IMG/VR virus record: IMGVR_UViG_3300028030_000009
Span: 13,082-77,081 of that record
Strand: one strand, 5' to 3'
DNA: 64,000 nucleotides
DNA from: a virus
The notes under the pieces are model-generated. The model was not told the DNA's origin. It made no database searches and saw only the letters and a list, made by a program, of their open reading frames with translations. Every line of letters starts with the position of its first letter. Position 1 is the first letter of the stretch. The position numbers were made by a program, and so were the translations under genes. Of the stretch, positions 37,581 through 47,850 are shown one piece after another.

Positions 37581-38281
37581 TGCACATCTACCTCCTCTTC
37601 AACAACAATTTTCACAGAGTAGTTGTTTGCGAGCTTCAGTACCCCGATTCTTTTTAGTTCACTAACAATAGCTTCACCAACCTCCATATCGCTTGCTTCT
37701 ATCACGAATCTCTTTTTTTCTGTTGTGTTTTCATCAATAATCTTCTTGATGACAACCTCAATTGGTTCTTCAACCAACTCTTTTACGATAAGGTTGCCGT
37801 TGTGCGCAATAATCACACCGACGTCATCGGGGTCTTCCCCGTGCCAGACGATGTTGCCATCAACAAGCTTCCCGCCATATTTTTCAATGATTTTTTTAAT
37901 GTAAAACATCCATTCTACATAGTTGTAGAACTTTTCACCTCCTGTCCATGAAATGTATGCAACCTTGTCGTCATAGTCGTCTGGCTGCAATTGCCAATCA
38001 AGCCACAAGCTTGGCTGTGTGCTTGGCGGGCTGTTGTAGTCCACGACACTTTCGTCTGTTGTTTGGCCGAAGTTGTCCAAATCGTCTTCGTTGAAGTAGA
38101 ATTCGCCTTCAACTCCATATTCATCAATTGGCTTGTCAAGCCTATCTTTGATTCTTGCAAGATTCCTTTTCACTCTACGCGTCTGCGATAGTCCGTTTAT
38201 AATCCTTACGGCCTCGTCTCTTCCACTTTTGTCTTTAAATACGACTTCGATTTCGCCGCTAAAATCAGTAGTGTAGCCCAT
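37577..38281 (-). CDS. Conserved phage protein (MGYTTDFSG...QPSLW...EKFYNYVEW)
   Basis: Motifs plus RBS AAGGAG. Confidence 0.85.
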   Translation of the reverse strand: MGYTTDFSGEIEVVFKDKSGRDEAVRIINGLSQTRRVKRNLARIKDRLDKPIDEYGVEGEFYFNEDDLDNFGQTTDESVVDYNSPPSTQPSLWLDWQLQPDDYDDKVAYISWTGGEKFYNYVEWMFYIKKIIEKYGGKLVDGNIVWHGEDPDDVGVIIAHNGNLIVKELVEEPIEVVIKKIIDENTTEKKRFVIEASDMEVGEAIVSELKRIGVLKLANNYSVKIVVEEEVDVQ

Positions 38282-38282
38282 G

Positions 38283-38504
38283 TCATTCTCCTTTTTTTGG
38301 TTCATAAACAAGTTTTGCAGAATTATCCAAAAGAAGCCCGTCTTTATCTTGGCTTTCTGGCCATTCGTACAAAACATAGTCTCCGTCTTCATCTGGAATA
38401 GCCCAGGTTGAGTTTGGTGCGTCCATAATGAAAATTGCACCATCTTCATCCATAATATCTTGGCTGTCAGGCCATTGAAGAACAGTGTATCTTTCTCCTG
38501 TCAT
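38283..38504 (-). CDS. Small protein with an internal WPxSQD repeat
   Basis: YTVLQWPDSQD / YVLYEWPESQD. Confidence 0.7.
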   Translation of the reverse strand: MTGERYTVLQWPDSQDIMDEDGAIFIMDAPNSTWAIPDEDGDYVLYEWPESQDKDGLLLDNSAKLVYEPKKGE

Positions 38505-38619
38505 CGCTTAACTTCCTTTCTATTGTTATGTGCGGCGCCTTTTTTAGGCGCCTTTCATGTTATTTGAAATTATTTGTAGCTGAGGTGTGCTGTTGAGGTA
38601 TTTGCTATAGAAGGTACTA

Positions 38620-38640
38620 CTGTGCCCATCACGGGCACAG
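38620..38640. terminator. Hairpin after thyX
   Basis: CTGTGCCC-ATCAC-GGGCACAG; second hairpin GGCGCC-N-GGCGCC at ~38534-38552. Confidence 0.55.
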
Positions 38641-38642
38641 CG

Positions 38643-39518
38643 TCACAAGTGCTTATCTGTTAGTGTTTTCATAGCTTTCGCAATCTCACGTATTTCATCC
38701 TGAGCTTTCGACTCAGTCCTTAATGAATAGAAATTGCTTAGCGACTCAAGGTTCCTTGCCGACCAGACTTCTGTCTTTAACCCAATCGGAAGCACCCTTC
38801 TTGCGTCCTGAGCCTTTACTCCATTCTTAAGCAGCTCGTTGTACATTTCGATTGAAATATCAACTACATCTTGAGCGCTTAGCTCTCTGTCTCCTACCAC
38901 AATCTTTGCGCCTGAGTGCTCAATGCTGGAGTCCAGATATACTTCTACCGGGACTTTTTTCCCTGTGGTATATCTGCGCGACAATTCCTGCCACGAGTCG
39001 CGGTGCCTCATATACTGACGAGCAGTTGCTATATCAAGCTTATGTTTCGTCACAACGAAATTCTTCCTGATGATGCTTTGCTCTGTGCTTGTTTTATTGA
39101 ATGCACCGTTTATCCACTTTTCTTTATCTGCGCCTGACATTTCAATGTCATACAGAAGCGCACGATAGTTTGTCAGGATATATTCATCCTGTCCATCCTT
39201 GATTAGCGTCCCGTACTTCATGAAATGAGGAATTGCACCCTCACTGACAAGTTCGTCAAAGGGGCACAGCTCTGAGTTGAGTTTCAATAAAACCGGTACG
39301 AACTCAAAAGAGCTAGAAGGGAGCCCTATTGATTCAGCAGCAAGTTTGTTGTACAGCTTGTCGCTGCCTATTGCCTTGTTGCTACCGAAGCATATCGATG
39401 CAACTGCTGTGACGGCCTCAACTCTTGCTTCATGTGACTCATTTGCCCTTGAGAAGTCCCATAGCTCAACATAGCCTCCTGGCGTGTCTGCTCTTTCGAT
39501 AAGCTTAATCACATTCAT
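38643..39518 (-). CDS. thyX: FAD-dependent thymidylate synthase
   Basis: RQYMRHR...QELSRRY motif; ARRVLP; LRTESKAQDEIR. Confidence 0.93.
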   Translation of the reverse strand: MNVIKLIERADTPGGYVELWDFSRANESHEARVEAVTAVASICFGSNKAIGSDKLYNKLAAESIGLPSSSFEFVPVLLKLNSELCPFDELVSEGAIPHFMKYGTLIKDGQDEYILTNYRALLYDIEMSGADKEKWINGAFNKTSTEQSIIRKNFVVTKHKLDIATARQYMRHRDSWQELSRRYTTGKKVPVEVYLDSSIEHSGAKIVVGDRELSAQDVVDISIEMYNELLKNGVKAQDARRVLPIGLKTEVWSARNLESLSNFYSLRTESKAQDEIREIAKAMKTLTDKHL

Positions 39519-39936
39519 CTTGTTTGTCCTTGTCGTCATAGCCAAGCTCTTCGCGGAAGAATCGCAATGCACTCTCTTCGCTTACTCCGCAATTCATGAA
39601 CTCATTGAACCATTTGTCATCAAAAAAGCTATCTAGATAGTTTGTATAGATGTCTGGCGAATAGCTAAAAATCTCGCCTTCTATATCAATGCCTTTGACG
39701 TCCGCAATGGCAGCAAGCTTCTCTTTGATGTCGGCCTCGATAATACTAAAAGCAGAATGCACGTATGAATTGAAGTCGAGATATACTTCTGGGCTATCTT
39801 CTTTACTTCCGCACGAGCTCTCAATCTCGTCAATGACATCATCTGGTAAAATGTCATTATCCTTCATGAGATTAGCCAGGAACTCGTAGTCCATAGAACC
39901 ACATCCTGTAATTAGCTGAAAAAACTCACTTCCCAT
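39505..39936 (-). CDS. Acidic hypothetical protein
   Basis: RBS AAGGAGG. Confidence 0.75.
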   Translation of the reverse strand: MGSEFFQLITGCGSMDYEFLANLMKDNDILPDDVIDEIESSCGSKEDSPEVYLDFNSYVHSAFSIIEADIKEKLAAIADVKGIDIEGEIFSYSPDIYTNYLDSFFDDKWFNEFMNCGVSEESALRFFREELGYDDKDKQDECD

Positions 39937-40058
39937 ATTTCCTCCTTGATTGCAGCACCTGCGCTGCCTTTTTTACATCTACAGAATTTTTTTCAGCACA
40001 CTTGAAATACCTCTTTGCAATCTCAACAGCAAGTGTGGTTGCAAAGACAATTGCTACC

Positions 40059-40280
40059 TCAGCTACTTCCTTCTTCATCTTTAAGCACCTCCCTAACAAC
40101 AGTACATGCCCTTCCGACATATACTGTTCCATATTTTTCTTCGTCGCTTCTTAGCGCGACAGTTTTTCCATCTTTTTCAACCTTTACGGTTATTCCGTCG
40201 TTGTCTGCAGCCATAATCACAACAGCGTACCCTTTGTGTACAAGCGCAACAATTGAATCCATGCAACTGTTTGGTGTCAT
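40059..40280 (-). CDS. Small hypothetical protein
   Basis: ATGA overlap with the primase stop. Confidence 0.65.
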   Translation of the reverse strand: MTPNSCMDSIVALVHKGYAVVIMAADNDGITVKVEKDGKTVALRSDEEKYGTVYVGRACTVVREVLKDEEGSS

Positions 40281-41884
40281 GCATCTCCTTTCATTTTCTG
40301 CTTCATCTCGTCTATTTTGACCTGAGCCTCTCTTGTTTTCCTGACCTTTTCCTCAAAGCTCATTGTCTTGCTGCTTCTTACAGCTGCTATGTACCTAGTA
40401 AGGCAGGCTATTTTGATTGACATCAGGTCATGCACAAAATCCTTCGACCTACCGATTGTCTCATCTAGATAAATTTCTGTCAAAGATTCGTCATCTAGTT
40501 CCTCCTTTGCAAGTTTTTCGATTTCTTCTTTTAGCCTAAAGCACTTTCGTGCTTCATACAGAAGCGCTCTTTTCTCCTCAGAGTCCATTGCTGCCTTGAT
40601 TAGCTCTTTCTCTCTGAGCAGAATGCTGCCTGAGTGACGTCCTCTGTCTTTGCTTTTTGACTCAACCTTTCTTACAACACCAAGAATTTTTGTTGCATAT
40701 TCAAGCATTGATTGCCTGACTACAGCATGCATCCTTGATGCTTCTTTCAGGATTGCGTCGTAAGCTTTTTGTTTTTGGAATGGGTCAGATGTGTCGTACT
40801 CAGAAGCAATTGAATTTACACAAAACTCAACAGCTGGCACGCCCATCCCTAGCTTGGTCCTTAGTTCGTCTATTCTGCCTTCTGCAATTATGTCCGCTGG
40901 GTCTTCTCCATAATCAAACGTGACAATCTTTGTGCTGATTGCCCGCTCGCTGAACATGCATGCTGCCTTTAGTGCAGCTCTAACGCCTGCACTGTCTCCA
41001 TCGTATGCTATTGTCCCGGAGATTGCATGCCGTCCTATTAGCTTCACATGCTCTTCAGTAAGCGATGTGCCCATGCTGGCGAAAGCGTTCTCAAAACCAG
41101 CCTGATGCATCAATACAACATCCATCTGTCCTTCACACAGCAAAAAAGACTTTGTTTTTGCAACGTTGGTTTTTGCTATGTTGAAGCCGTAAAGAAGTTT
41201 GGATTTTTTGAAAATCGGCGTGTCTGGAGTATTTACATACTTAGCAGGATGGTTTGAAAATGTTCTTCCGCTAAAGCCGCAGAGCTTGCCTGTATGGTCA
41301 CGGACAGGGAACATTATCCTGTCAATAAACCTGGCGTAAAGCCCTCTACTTCCCTCGTCAATAATTCCTAGGACTTTGGCTTCCTCCGCATTAAGGTTTT
41401 CTAATACAAATCTGACAGTCTCTCTGCTTGCTGGAGCAAAACCTATTTCAAATTTCTCTATTGAGCTGCGACTTACTCCCCTATCCGTCAGATACGCTAT
41501 AACGTCTTTTCTTTTTTTTAGGTTTAGGATGCACCACTCATTGTACTCTTCAAGTGCCGATGAAGAATATTTCTTTTGCGATTGGTAGTTTTTTTCATAT
41601 TCTACCTCTATGCCGAACATCTCACAGAGCTTCTCAACTGCCTCAGCAAAAGACAGGCGCTCCATGTCCATCACAAGCTTTATCGCATCTCCACCAACAC
41701 CAGCGCTGAAATCGTGCCAGATATTTTTTTGTTCAGAGACAACAAAACTAGGAGTCTTCTCTTCGTTGAACGGAGAGAAACCCTTGTATACGGACCCTGC
41801 TTTTTTCAGGTCTCTTACATACAGCTCTGCGACATCTAGTACCGGCAGCGACCTTACGGATTCGAGTGTTCGTTCTGAGAACAT
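40277..41884 (-). CDS. dnaG: DNA primase
   Basis: ZBD-like EKTPSF; RIMFPV...GFSGR; KYVNT; TOPRIM EGQMD, MGT, YDGDSAG, DPAD. Confidence 0.97.
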   Translation of the reverse strand: MFSERTLESVRSLPVLDVAELYVRDLKKAGSVYKGFSPFNEEKTPSFVVSEQKNIWHDFSAGVGGDAIKLVMDMERLSFAEAVEKLCEMFGIEVEYEKNYQSQKKYSSSALEEYNEWCILNLKKRKDVIAYLTDRGVSRSSIEKFEIGFAPASRETVRFVLENLNAEEAKVLGIIDEGSRGLYARFIDRIMFPVRDHTGKLCGFSGRTFSNHPAKYVNTPDTPIFKKSKLLYGFNIAKTNVAKTKSFLLCEGQMDVVLMHQAGFENAFASMGTSLTEEHVKLIGRHAISGTIAYDGDSAGVRAALKAACMFSERAISTKIVTFDYGEDPADIIAEGRIDELRTKLGMGVPAVEFCVNSIASEYDTSDPFQKQKAYDAILKEASRMHAVVRQSMLEYATKILGVVRKVESKSKDRGRHSGSILLREKELIKAAMDSEEKRALLYEARKCFRLKEEIEKLAKEELDDESLTEIYLDETIGRSKDFVHDLMSIKIACLTRYIAAVRSSKTMSFEEKVRKTREAQVKIDEMKQKMKGDA

Positions 41885-42081
41885 GCGTCTTCTCCTTCCG
41901 GCAGAACACTCTCTATCTCTTCACCAAGCTCGGCTACATCAGTAACCTCAACTATATTGGATTCGAGAACGTCACCAGAAAGCGCCTTGGCCACAGCTTC
42001 TTCTGAGTTTGACGCCAAAACTATGACCTCCTCGATTGATAGAGTCAGCATGTTTCTGGCGACAACAACTTTGTATCTCAT
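41854..42081 (-). CDS. DpnD/PcfM-like small protein
   Basis: YKV...VLASNSEEAVAKA. Confidence 0.6.
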   Translation of the reverse strand: MRYKVVVARNMLTLSIEEVIVLASNSEEAVAKALSGDVLESNIVEVTDVAELGEEIESVLPEGEDACSQNEHSNP

Positions 42082-42109
42082 GTTGCCCTCCTACAACTGG
42101 AGGCTATGG

Positions 42110-42481
42110 TTAGAACTTTCTTCTAAATCCGTCGGCTACGACTGTCTTGCCTCCACTTTTAATCTGGTTTGCGACAGCCACGACGTCTTTCCTCGTGTTA
42201 TTTAGTGCGTTTAGCACCTGAGCTGATACGACATATAGTGTGTTTTTCTCTGGAGCAGGAAGCCCAAAAACATCACCGTATGTGTCACGGAATATGTTGA
42301 ATTCACCAAAAGACTCTACATCTTTTCCTGTCTTCTCAACCCTCGCAACAATCCCACTTTGTGGAATCCTGACTGTCTTTGGGATATCGCCGGATGTTAA
42401 CACATATATGTCATGGTTACATAGGTTTACAACCTTCTTACCGTTCGATTCGTACGCTTTGACATCAACGTCCATAATCAT
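42110..42481 (-). CDS. Phage protein of the NLxxH / PxxxxxxLYVVS family
   Basis: Paralog of 53684-54115. Confidence 0.75.
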   Translation of the reverse strand: MIMDVDVKAYESNGKKVVNLCNHDIYVLTSGDIPKTVRIPQSGIVARVEKTGKDVESFGEFNIFRDTYGDVFGLPAPEKNTLYVVSAQVLNALNNTRKDVVAVANQIKSGGKTVVADGFRRKF

Positions 42482-42849
42482 ACCTCCGTAACAACTCGCT
42501 CGATATCGTCCCGCTCCTCAACAATCTTTATATTCTCTGGTGTTGGTTTCATTGAAATAATGACACCGTCACCATTTTTTTTGATTGCAAAAATCTTGCC
42601 TTCTTTCCTTGTGGCTTCGAAGTTATCTTTTAGCCACTTTGAGTACACCTCCTTATATGCCTCTTCGTTGATTATATCCCGAAGTGCATCCATCCCAATT
42701 TCCTCTGCAGCTTTTCTTGATGTTTCGGTAACAAGCTCAACAACAAGCTCGTCGCCGTCAACTCTAAAGCTACCACATTTCCTGTTTTTATATCTGATGT
42801 CTCCGCTGTAATTTTCGACATCAACATTTGCAACTGTAAAATCACTCAT
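42478..42849 (-). CDS. Hypothetical protein
   Basis: Start MSDFT, RBS AAGGGGG. Confidence 0.7.
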   Translation of the reverse strand: MSDFTVANVDVENYSGDIRYKNRKCGSFRVDGDELVVELVTETSRKAAEEIGMDALRDIINEEAYKEVYSKWLKDNFEATRKEGKIFAIKKNGDGVIISMKPTPENIKIVEERDDIERVVTEV

Positions 42850-42879
42850 GTATACCCCCTTTGTTTTTGTGTGTGTTTT

Positions 42880-42903
42880 GCGGCACAAAACGGTATGTGC
42901 CGC
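42880..42903. terminator. Hairpin after nrdB
   Basis: GCGGCACA-N8-TGTGCCGC. Confidence 0.55.
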
Positions 42904-42915
42904 CAAGTAAATATC

Positions 42916-43965
42916 CTACAGATACCCCTCTGTTGACAGTGTTGTGTGAGAGTAAGCCTTCGGCCTATCTTCAAAAAAGTTTGTCCGCGTGTCGTTTGGC
43001 TTGTCGTACTTCTTCTCATACGCAAGCAGTGGACTAACTGGCTTGTTATACATTGGCTCAAACCCAAGCCCTACAAGCATCTCATCACCCTTCCCGCAAA
43101 TATACCGACCAACTGTTTCTCGATTGATTTCAGGGAACTCTTCTCCAGTGACAGCGAGAGCCCATTCAATCTCAAGGTTTACAGCACCATCAATCAGCTC
43201 TCTTGCCATCTGTTCGACAACCTTGATGTCGATGCCAGGATAAGCTTTTAGCGTGCTGGTGAGCATTTGGCGAAACAGTAGTACGTGAGTGCGCTCGTCA
43301 CGTGCAATGTATGAAATCATGCTTGCGGAGCCCTTCATCTTGTGGCCAAGCCACCAGAAGAAGATGAATCCTCCATAGAACATAATGTTCTCAAGAACAT
43401 TGTTTGCAAGCATAGCCTTTACGATTGCTCTCATTGGAACGCCTTCATCGTTATATCTCAACTCTGAATACATTTTGTCAAGAAACGCGTCTCGCTCTCT
43501 AAGCATGGCATCTGTTTTGTATAGGTCATAAATCTTGTCTCTATTCGGAGAAACATCTTTGACCATTACGTCATAGCTCTTGCTGTGCAGAGCCTCCTCG
43601 TATGTTTGCCTTGCAAGACACGCCTTGATTGCACCGTCTGTAATCCACGGCATCATATTTGACGCTAGGTTCGACGTTTGCGCTGAATCATTGAAGATAA
43701 GGCCAGCCAGAACTCGGTCATATGCAGAACGCTCGATATCTGATAGCTCCATATACACTTTTCTGTCGCCAGTCATATCAACATCTTCTGGGAACCATGT
43801 GTTCCCAAGCATCACGTTAAACAGCCTGTCTGCCCACTGGTATGGACTACCAGTAAAGTCGATGATTCCATCTACATCGCTTCCGACTGGCGCCGCATTT
43901 GTCCTGTGCACCTCTGGCTCAGGATTGAACAACTTTGCTGGTTTTACAATCGAATCCAAATTCAT
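42916..43965 (-). CDS. nrdB: Ribonucleotide reductase class I beta subunit
   Basis: WFPEDV, DSAQ, EALHSKSY (radical Tyr), LENIMFYGGF, RDERTH, NFFE. Confidence 0.96.
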   Translation of the reverse strand: MNLDSIVKPAKLFNPEPEVHRTNAAPVGSDVDGIIDFTGSPYQWADRLFNVMLGNTWFPEDVDMTGDRKVYMELSDIERSAYDRVLAGLIFNDSAQTSNLASNMMPWITDGAIKACLARQTYEEALHSKSYDVMVKDVSPNRDKIYDLYKTDAMLRERDAFLDKMYSELRYNDEGVPMRAIVKAMLANNVLENIMFYGGFIFFWWLGHKMKGSASMISYIARDERTHVLLFRQMLTSTLKAYPGIDIKVVEQMARELIDGAVNLEIEWALAVTGEEFPEINRETVGRYICGKGDEMLVGLGFEPMYNKPVSPLLAYEKKYDKPNDTRTNFFEDRPKAYSHTTLSTEGYL

Positions 43966-43982
43966 ACGCCATCCTCCTTTTC

Positions 43983-46400
43983 TTATTGGCATCCGCTACA
44001 TTCGAACGAGCGGTCAATTGTTGTCTCGTCCGGTGCTTGAGACCGTACATAATAGACAGACTTAAGCCCATTCATCCAAGCAGACCTATACAGGTTTGCG
44101 AGTTGTGATACATGCGTAACCTTGGTTGGGTCTATAAACAGGTTGAAAGAAATTCCTTGGTCTATGTATTTAGACCTAAGGCCATTCATCCTTACGGAAT
44201 CCTCTTGGTCAACGCCATAAGCAGTAACATAGTATTTGTAGTTTTCCACATCAATCTTTGGAGCCGTTACTGGGATTGAGCCTCCAGCGTTCTCCTCATT
44301 CCACTTGCGCTTATACACAGGCTCTATCGTCGATGTTGTCCCTGTAATCAAAGCAATGGATGATGTAGGAGCAATCGCATTGATATACGCATTGCGCATT
44401 GGCTTTTCCCATTCCGACCCATTGTACTCTGGATATGCGCCTTTTTCCTCTGCAAGAAGTTGAGACGCCTTTACAGATGCGTCTCTAAATTTTGAGTACA
44501 CCTCATTAATGTAGTCCTCATGCTCCTTTGAGCCAAACATGATATGCCTTGTTGCAATGTCCTCTGCTTCTCCCATTACTCCAAGGCCTATTGCCCTTGT
44601 AAGCTTTGCCGTCCTTTCGACCTTTTTGAGAGGATACAAATTGCAATCAATTACGTTATCAAGCATTCTGATTGCAGTATATACAACATCGTAAAACTCG
44701 TCATCTGTAAGCCGCGTAACTTTAGGTAGGTTAATGGACGCAAGGTTGCATATAGCAGTCCTACCTTCTTTTCTGTACGATTCTATTCTCGTAACCTTCT
44801 TGCCGTCTACGACATCGCCAAGCTCGACGTATTTAGACATCTTTTTGCCAGAATCGGTTTCAATGTATTCGAACTCGCTTAACTGAATCTGCGGGTCTTC
44901 TTTGTCATCTAGATAGATGTCCACCATATTTCTATCTGGCTCAGTTGTTTGGAAAATCTCTGTGCACAAATTGCTTGAGCGGATTACGCCTGTATGCTTG
45001 TTCTTGTTCTCCCTGTTTGCTGTATCCTTAAATCCAACAAACGGCACTCCATGTCGTGCTGCATATATCATCATCTGAGAGAAGATTTCTCTTGCTCTCA
45101 CTCTAGACTTTCTTATGGATGGGTCTTTTTCTGCCTTAATATACGCTTCTGTAAATTCGTCGCCATAAAGCTCATTGAGATGAGGGACATCATATGGGTC
45201 AAATAGCGTCCACATCTCGTCATTAGCTTCTCGGCGCATGAACTCGTCTGAAACCCAGATTGCAGGGAAGATATCGAATGCCTTGTTTCTCTCTTCTCCT
45301 CCAGCGTCTCTGGTTTGCAGAAATTTTGAGATATCAAGGTGCCAATCCTGAATATAATCAGCGAACGCGCCTTTCCGTGTGCCTAGCTGGTCCACGGCTA
45401 GCGCTGTATCGTTATCAATCTTTATGAATGGCACAACACCTCTAGCCACATCCTTGTATCTGTCAATTGATGAGCCAGTAGCTCGGACCTGTGACCAGTC
45501 CCACCCTACGCCGCCTCCAAATTTTGACAAGAAGGCTTTCTCTTTGTATCCATCGAAAATTCCTTCAAGCGAGTCATCATTTGAGCCAACAAAACAGCTT
45601 GACAGTTGATGCCTCTTGGTTCTTGCATTCGACAATGTTGGTGTGGCTGCCATTACGTAGAATTTTGACAGCATTTCATAGAACTTCAGCGCCCACTTCA
45701 TTTTGTCATGCTCTTTGTGCGCAAGGAACATTGCAACAGCCATGAACATATGCTGTGGAAGCTCTACGATTTTATTGTCGCTTGAGCGAAGAAGGTATCT
45801 GTCCTCAAGCATTTTTATTCCAAGATACGTAAATTGATTGTCTCTCTCTGGTGCAATATGCTTATCGATTTCGTCGATGTCATAGTCTTTCCAGAAATCG
45901 TGAAACTTCCCTGTAGATTCAGCCATTTCTACGTATTGACGGAACGAAGGGTATTTCTGGCCCTTCTTGTTCATATACAGCTTTCCAACATTGTGATACA
46001 GTTCCATTAACTCCAATCGCGCAGCCACAAATGTCCAGTTGGGTGCCACCACATCGATTTTGTCCTCTGCCGCCTTCTTCATTGTGGCATGGACAGCAGT
46101 GGTTGGCATCCCGTTTGTCCATGAGATTTTAGAATCGAGAATCAGCTCATACGGATTTACATTGTCTATGCCATCGCATGCATCCTTTGCTTTTTCGAGT
46201 GCCTTCTCAACGAGCATAGGCTCTTTGTTACCATCCCTTTTTGTAACAGACAGTTCACCACCGCTATACTCTTTCCTTCCAGCCGCGACAGCAATGTAGT
46301 CCATAATGAACTCATTTGCTGCCTTGTAGTCACCTAACTCTCTTCGAATATACTCTCCAACCTTTATTGCTTTTTCAACCAAATCAACATTTTTGCTCAT
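43983..46400 (-). CDS. nrdA: Ribonucleotide reductase class I alpha subunit with ATP-cone
   Basis: VTKRDG ATP-cone, ATPTLSN, SSCF, SNLCTEI, CNLASINL, APTSS, YYVR, C-terminal CxxC. Confidence 0.98.
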   Translation of the reverse strand: MSKNVDLVEKAIKVGEYIRRELGDYKAANEFIMDYIAVAAGRKEYSGGELSVTKRDGNKEPMLVEKALEKAKDACDGIDNVNPYELILDSKISWTNGMPTTAVHATMKKAAEDKIDVVAPNWTFVAARLELMELYHNVGKLYMNKKGQKYPSFRQYVEMAESTGKFHDFWKDYDIDEIDKHIAPERDNQFTYLGIKMLEDRYLLRSSDNKIVELPQHMFMAVAMFLAHKEHDKMKWALKFYEMLSKFYVMAATPTLSNARTKRHQLSSCFVGSNDDSLEGIFDGYKEKAFLSKFGGGVGWDWSQVRATGSSIDRYKDVARGVVPFIKIDNDTALAVDQLGTRKGAFADYIQDWHLDISKFLQTRDAGGEERNKAFDIFPAIWVSDEFMRREANDEMWTLFDPYDVPHLNELYGDEFTEAYIKAEKDPSIRKSRVRAREIFSQMMIYAARHGVPFVGFKDTANRENKNKHTGVIRSSNLCTEIFQTTEPDRNMVDIYLDDKEDPQIQLSEFEYIETDSGKKMSKYVELGDVVDGKKVTRIESYRKEGRTAICNLASINLPKVTRLTDDEFYDVVYTAIRMLDNVIDCNLYPLKKVERTAKLTRAIGLGVMGEAEDIATRHIMFGSKEHEDYINEVYSKFRDASVKASQLLAEEKGAYPEYNGSEWEKPMRNAYINAIAPTSSIALITGTTSTIEPVYKRKWNEENAGGSIPVTAPKIDVENYKYYVTAYGVDQEDSVRMNGLRSKYIDQGISFNLFIDPTKVTHVSQLANLYRSAWMNGLKSVYYVRSQAPDETTIDRSFECSGCQ

Positions 46401-46840
46401 CGATGTTTCTCCTTTTTGCCTTTTCTAGGCATTTTAAGCTTGACGAACGGAATTATATCATCATTGGAATAATTCCCCTCTGTAATCTCGCCCATAATTG
46501 ATGATGCAAACTGGTCATTAACAACGCTTCCGTAATGCTCCTTGAATAGGTCATTTACCATTGCTGTAGCCTCAGTCATCGTGTCTTTGGAGTACTCCAT
46601 AGCATCCATATAATCACGTGCTGAGGTAACGCTGTCAGGGTACATGTTTTTGCCAACTGCCGCCTTCTGGTACAACATTGACATCATGCAGTAGAGTTCG
46701 AGCATCTTCTCCAGGTCCTCTCTGGCTGTTGTTGAATACAACTCCTTCATATAGTCAGACATTCTTTTTACAATGTCGTCAGGAGATATGGCTTGGAACT
46801 CTACTCCTGATACGGCTACTCTTGAATAGTAATTTTTCAT
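46397..46840 (-). CDS. Hypothetical protein
   Basis: ATGA overlap with nrdA. Confidence 0.75.
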   Translation of the reverse strand: MKNYYSRVAVSGVEFQAISPDDIVKRMSDYMKELYSTTAREDLEKMLELYCMMSMLYQKAAVGKNMYPDSVTSARDYMDAMEYSKDTMTEATAMVNDLFKEHYGSVVNDQFASSIMGEITEGNYSNDDIIPFVKLKMPRKGKKEKHR

Positions 46841-46914
46841 CTTCTTTTCCTTTTGTAGGGTTTTTTTTGATATAATGACGCTGCTTGACGCAAAATCTAA
46901 ACAAGGAGTTAAAT

Positions 46915-47175
46915 ATGAGTCAGCAGCTTATCACAGAGGTTCAGAGCAAACTTGGATGCTCAAAGACTGAAGCGGCAAAGGCCGTAAAAGCAGTCACAGA
47001 TTCCATCAAAGAGATTGCATCAAAGAAAGGCTCCGTGACAATCGTCAATTTTGGAAGCTTTACAGTGAAGCCATTCAACAGAACAAGCAAACTGCATGGC
47101 AAAGAGTACAAAGTCTCAAAAAACATTGTCCGCTTCAAGCCTGGTAAAGGTTTTGACGAGCTTATCAACAGCTAA
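46915..47175 (+). CDS. hup: HU/IHF-family DNA-binding protein; solitary + strand gene
   Basis: SKTEAAKAV, VTIVNFGSF, VRFKPGKGF; TGATATAAT 46868-46876; RBS AAGGAG. Confidence 0.92.
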   Translation: MSQQLITEVQSKLGCSKTEAAKAVKAVTDSIKEIASKKGSVTIVNFGSFTVKPFNRTSKLHGKEYKVSKNIVRFKPGKGFDELINS

Positions 47176-47416
47176 ACGCATTGGGCGTCACAATGACGCT
47201 CATGCCATCAACCTTCTTCAACTCGCCACCTTTCTTTTTAATTCTACTGCTGTCAAATGTCGATATTGTTTCTGCCTGCTCCTCTGTTACAACAAGATAA
47301 TCAGGCTTCTTGCCTGTTTTTTCCGTTACAAGTTTCATGTTTCTGCCAATCACGGAATGCAGCTCCGCAAGAGACTCAATTTCGCAGTTTTCGATAGAAA
47401 CTCCATTTATTTTCAT
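47165..47416 (-). CDS. Hypothetical protein
   Basis: ATGA overlap. Confidence 0.65.
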   Translation of the reverse strand: MKINGVSIENCEIESLAELHSVIGRNMKLVTEKTGKKPDYLVVTEEQAETISTFDSSRIKKKGGELKKVDGMSVIVTPNAFSC

Positions 47417-47850
47417 TCTCTTCCTTTCATGTGCTTTCTGTTTAGAAACGACAGGAACTCTAATGCAATATCTCCGTTTTTAAATACGGCCTTCTTGCAT
47501 CCAACGCACCCAATCGCTTCGACTACATACACTGTCTCTCCGTTTTTGTTTCTCGCAATATACCAGGCGAGTTCGGTTGATTCGTAAAAAGACTGTAAAT
47601 CGAATTTTTTAGAGAACACATTCTTAAACGCTTCTCTCTTTTTTTCCTCCCTATCTACTTCATTTGTTTCCTCCTTTCTTGGTTCTGCTTCGTCTTTGTT
47701 TTTGTTGTGGTCTTCATTCTCTCCGTACATAAATACGGAGGCCGCTTTTTCTATGTCGTCAGCAAACTCCTTATGATTGCTGAGCCACTCTTTGAATTCG
47801 TTAACCTTGTATAGCGGCACATACAATTCATACTGAACCATCAGAAGCAC
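47413..47850 (-). CDS. Hypothetical protein
   Basis: ORF following dnaB. Confidence 0.7.
   Translation of the reverse strand: MLLMVQYELYVPLYKVNEFKEWLSNHKEFADDIEKAASVFMYGENEDHNKNKDEAEPRKEETNEVDREEKKREAFKNVFSKKFDLQSFYESTELAWYIARNKNGETVYVVEAIGCVGCKKAVFKNGDIALEFLSFLNRKHMKGRE

Noticed and set aside
44760-44945. Intein or intron in nrdA (insertion after NLCTEI)
   Set aside because: The insertion is short, in frame and lacks C/S...HN intein ends. It resembles the extra loop of Campylobacterota NrdA.
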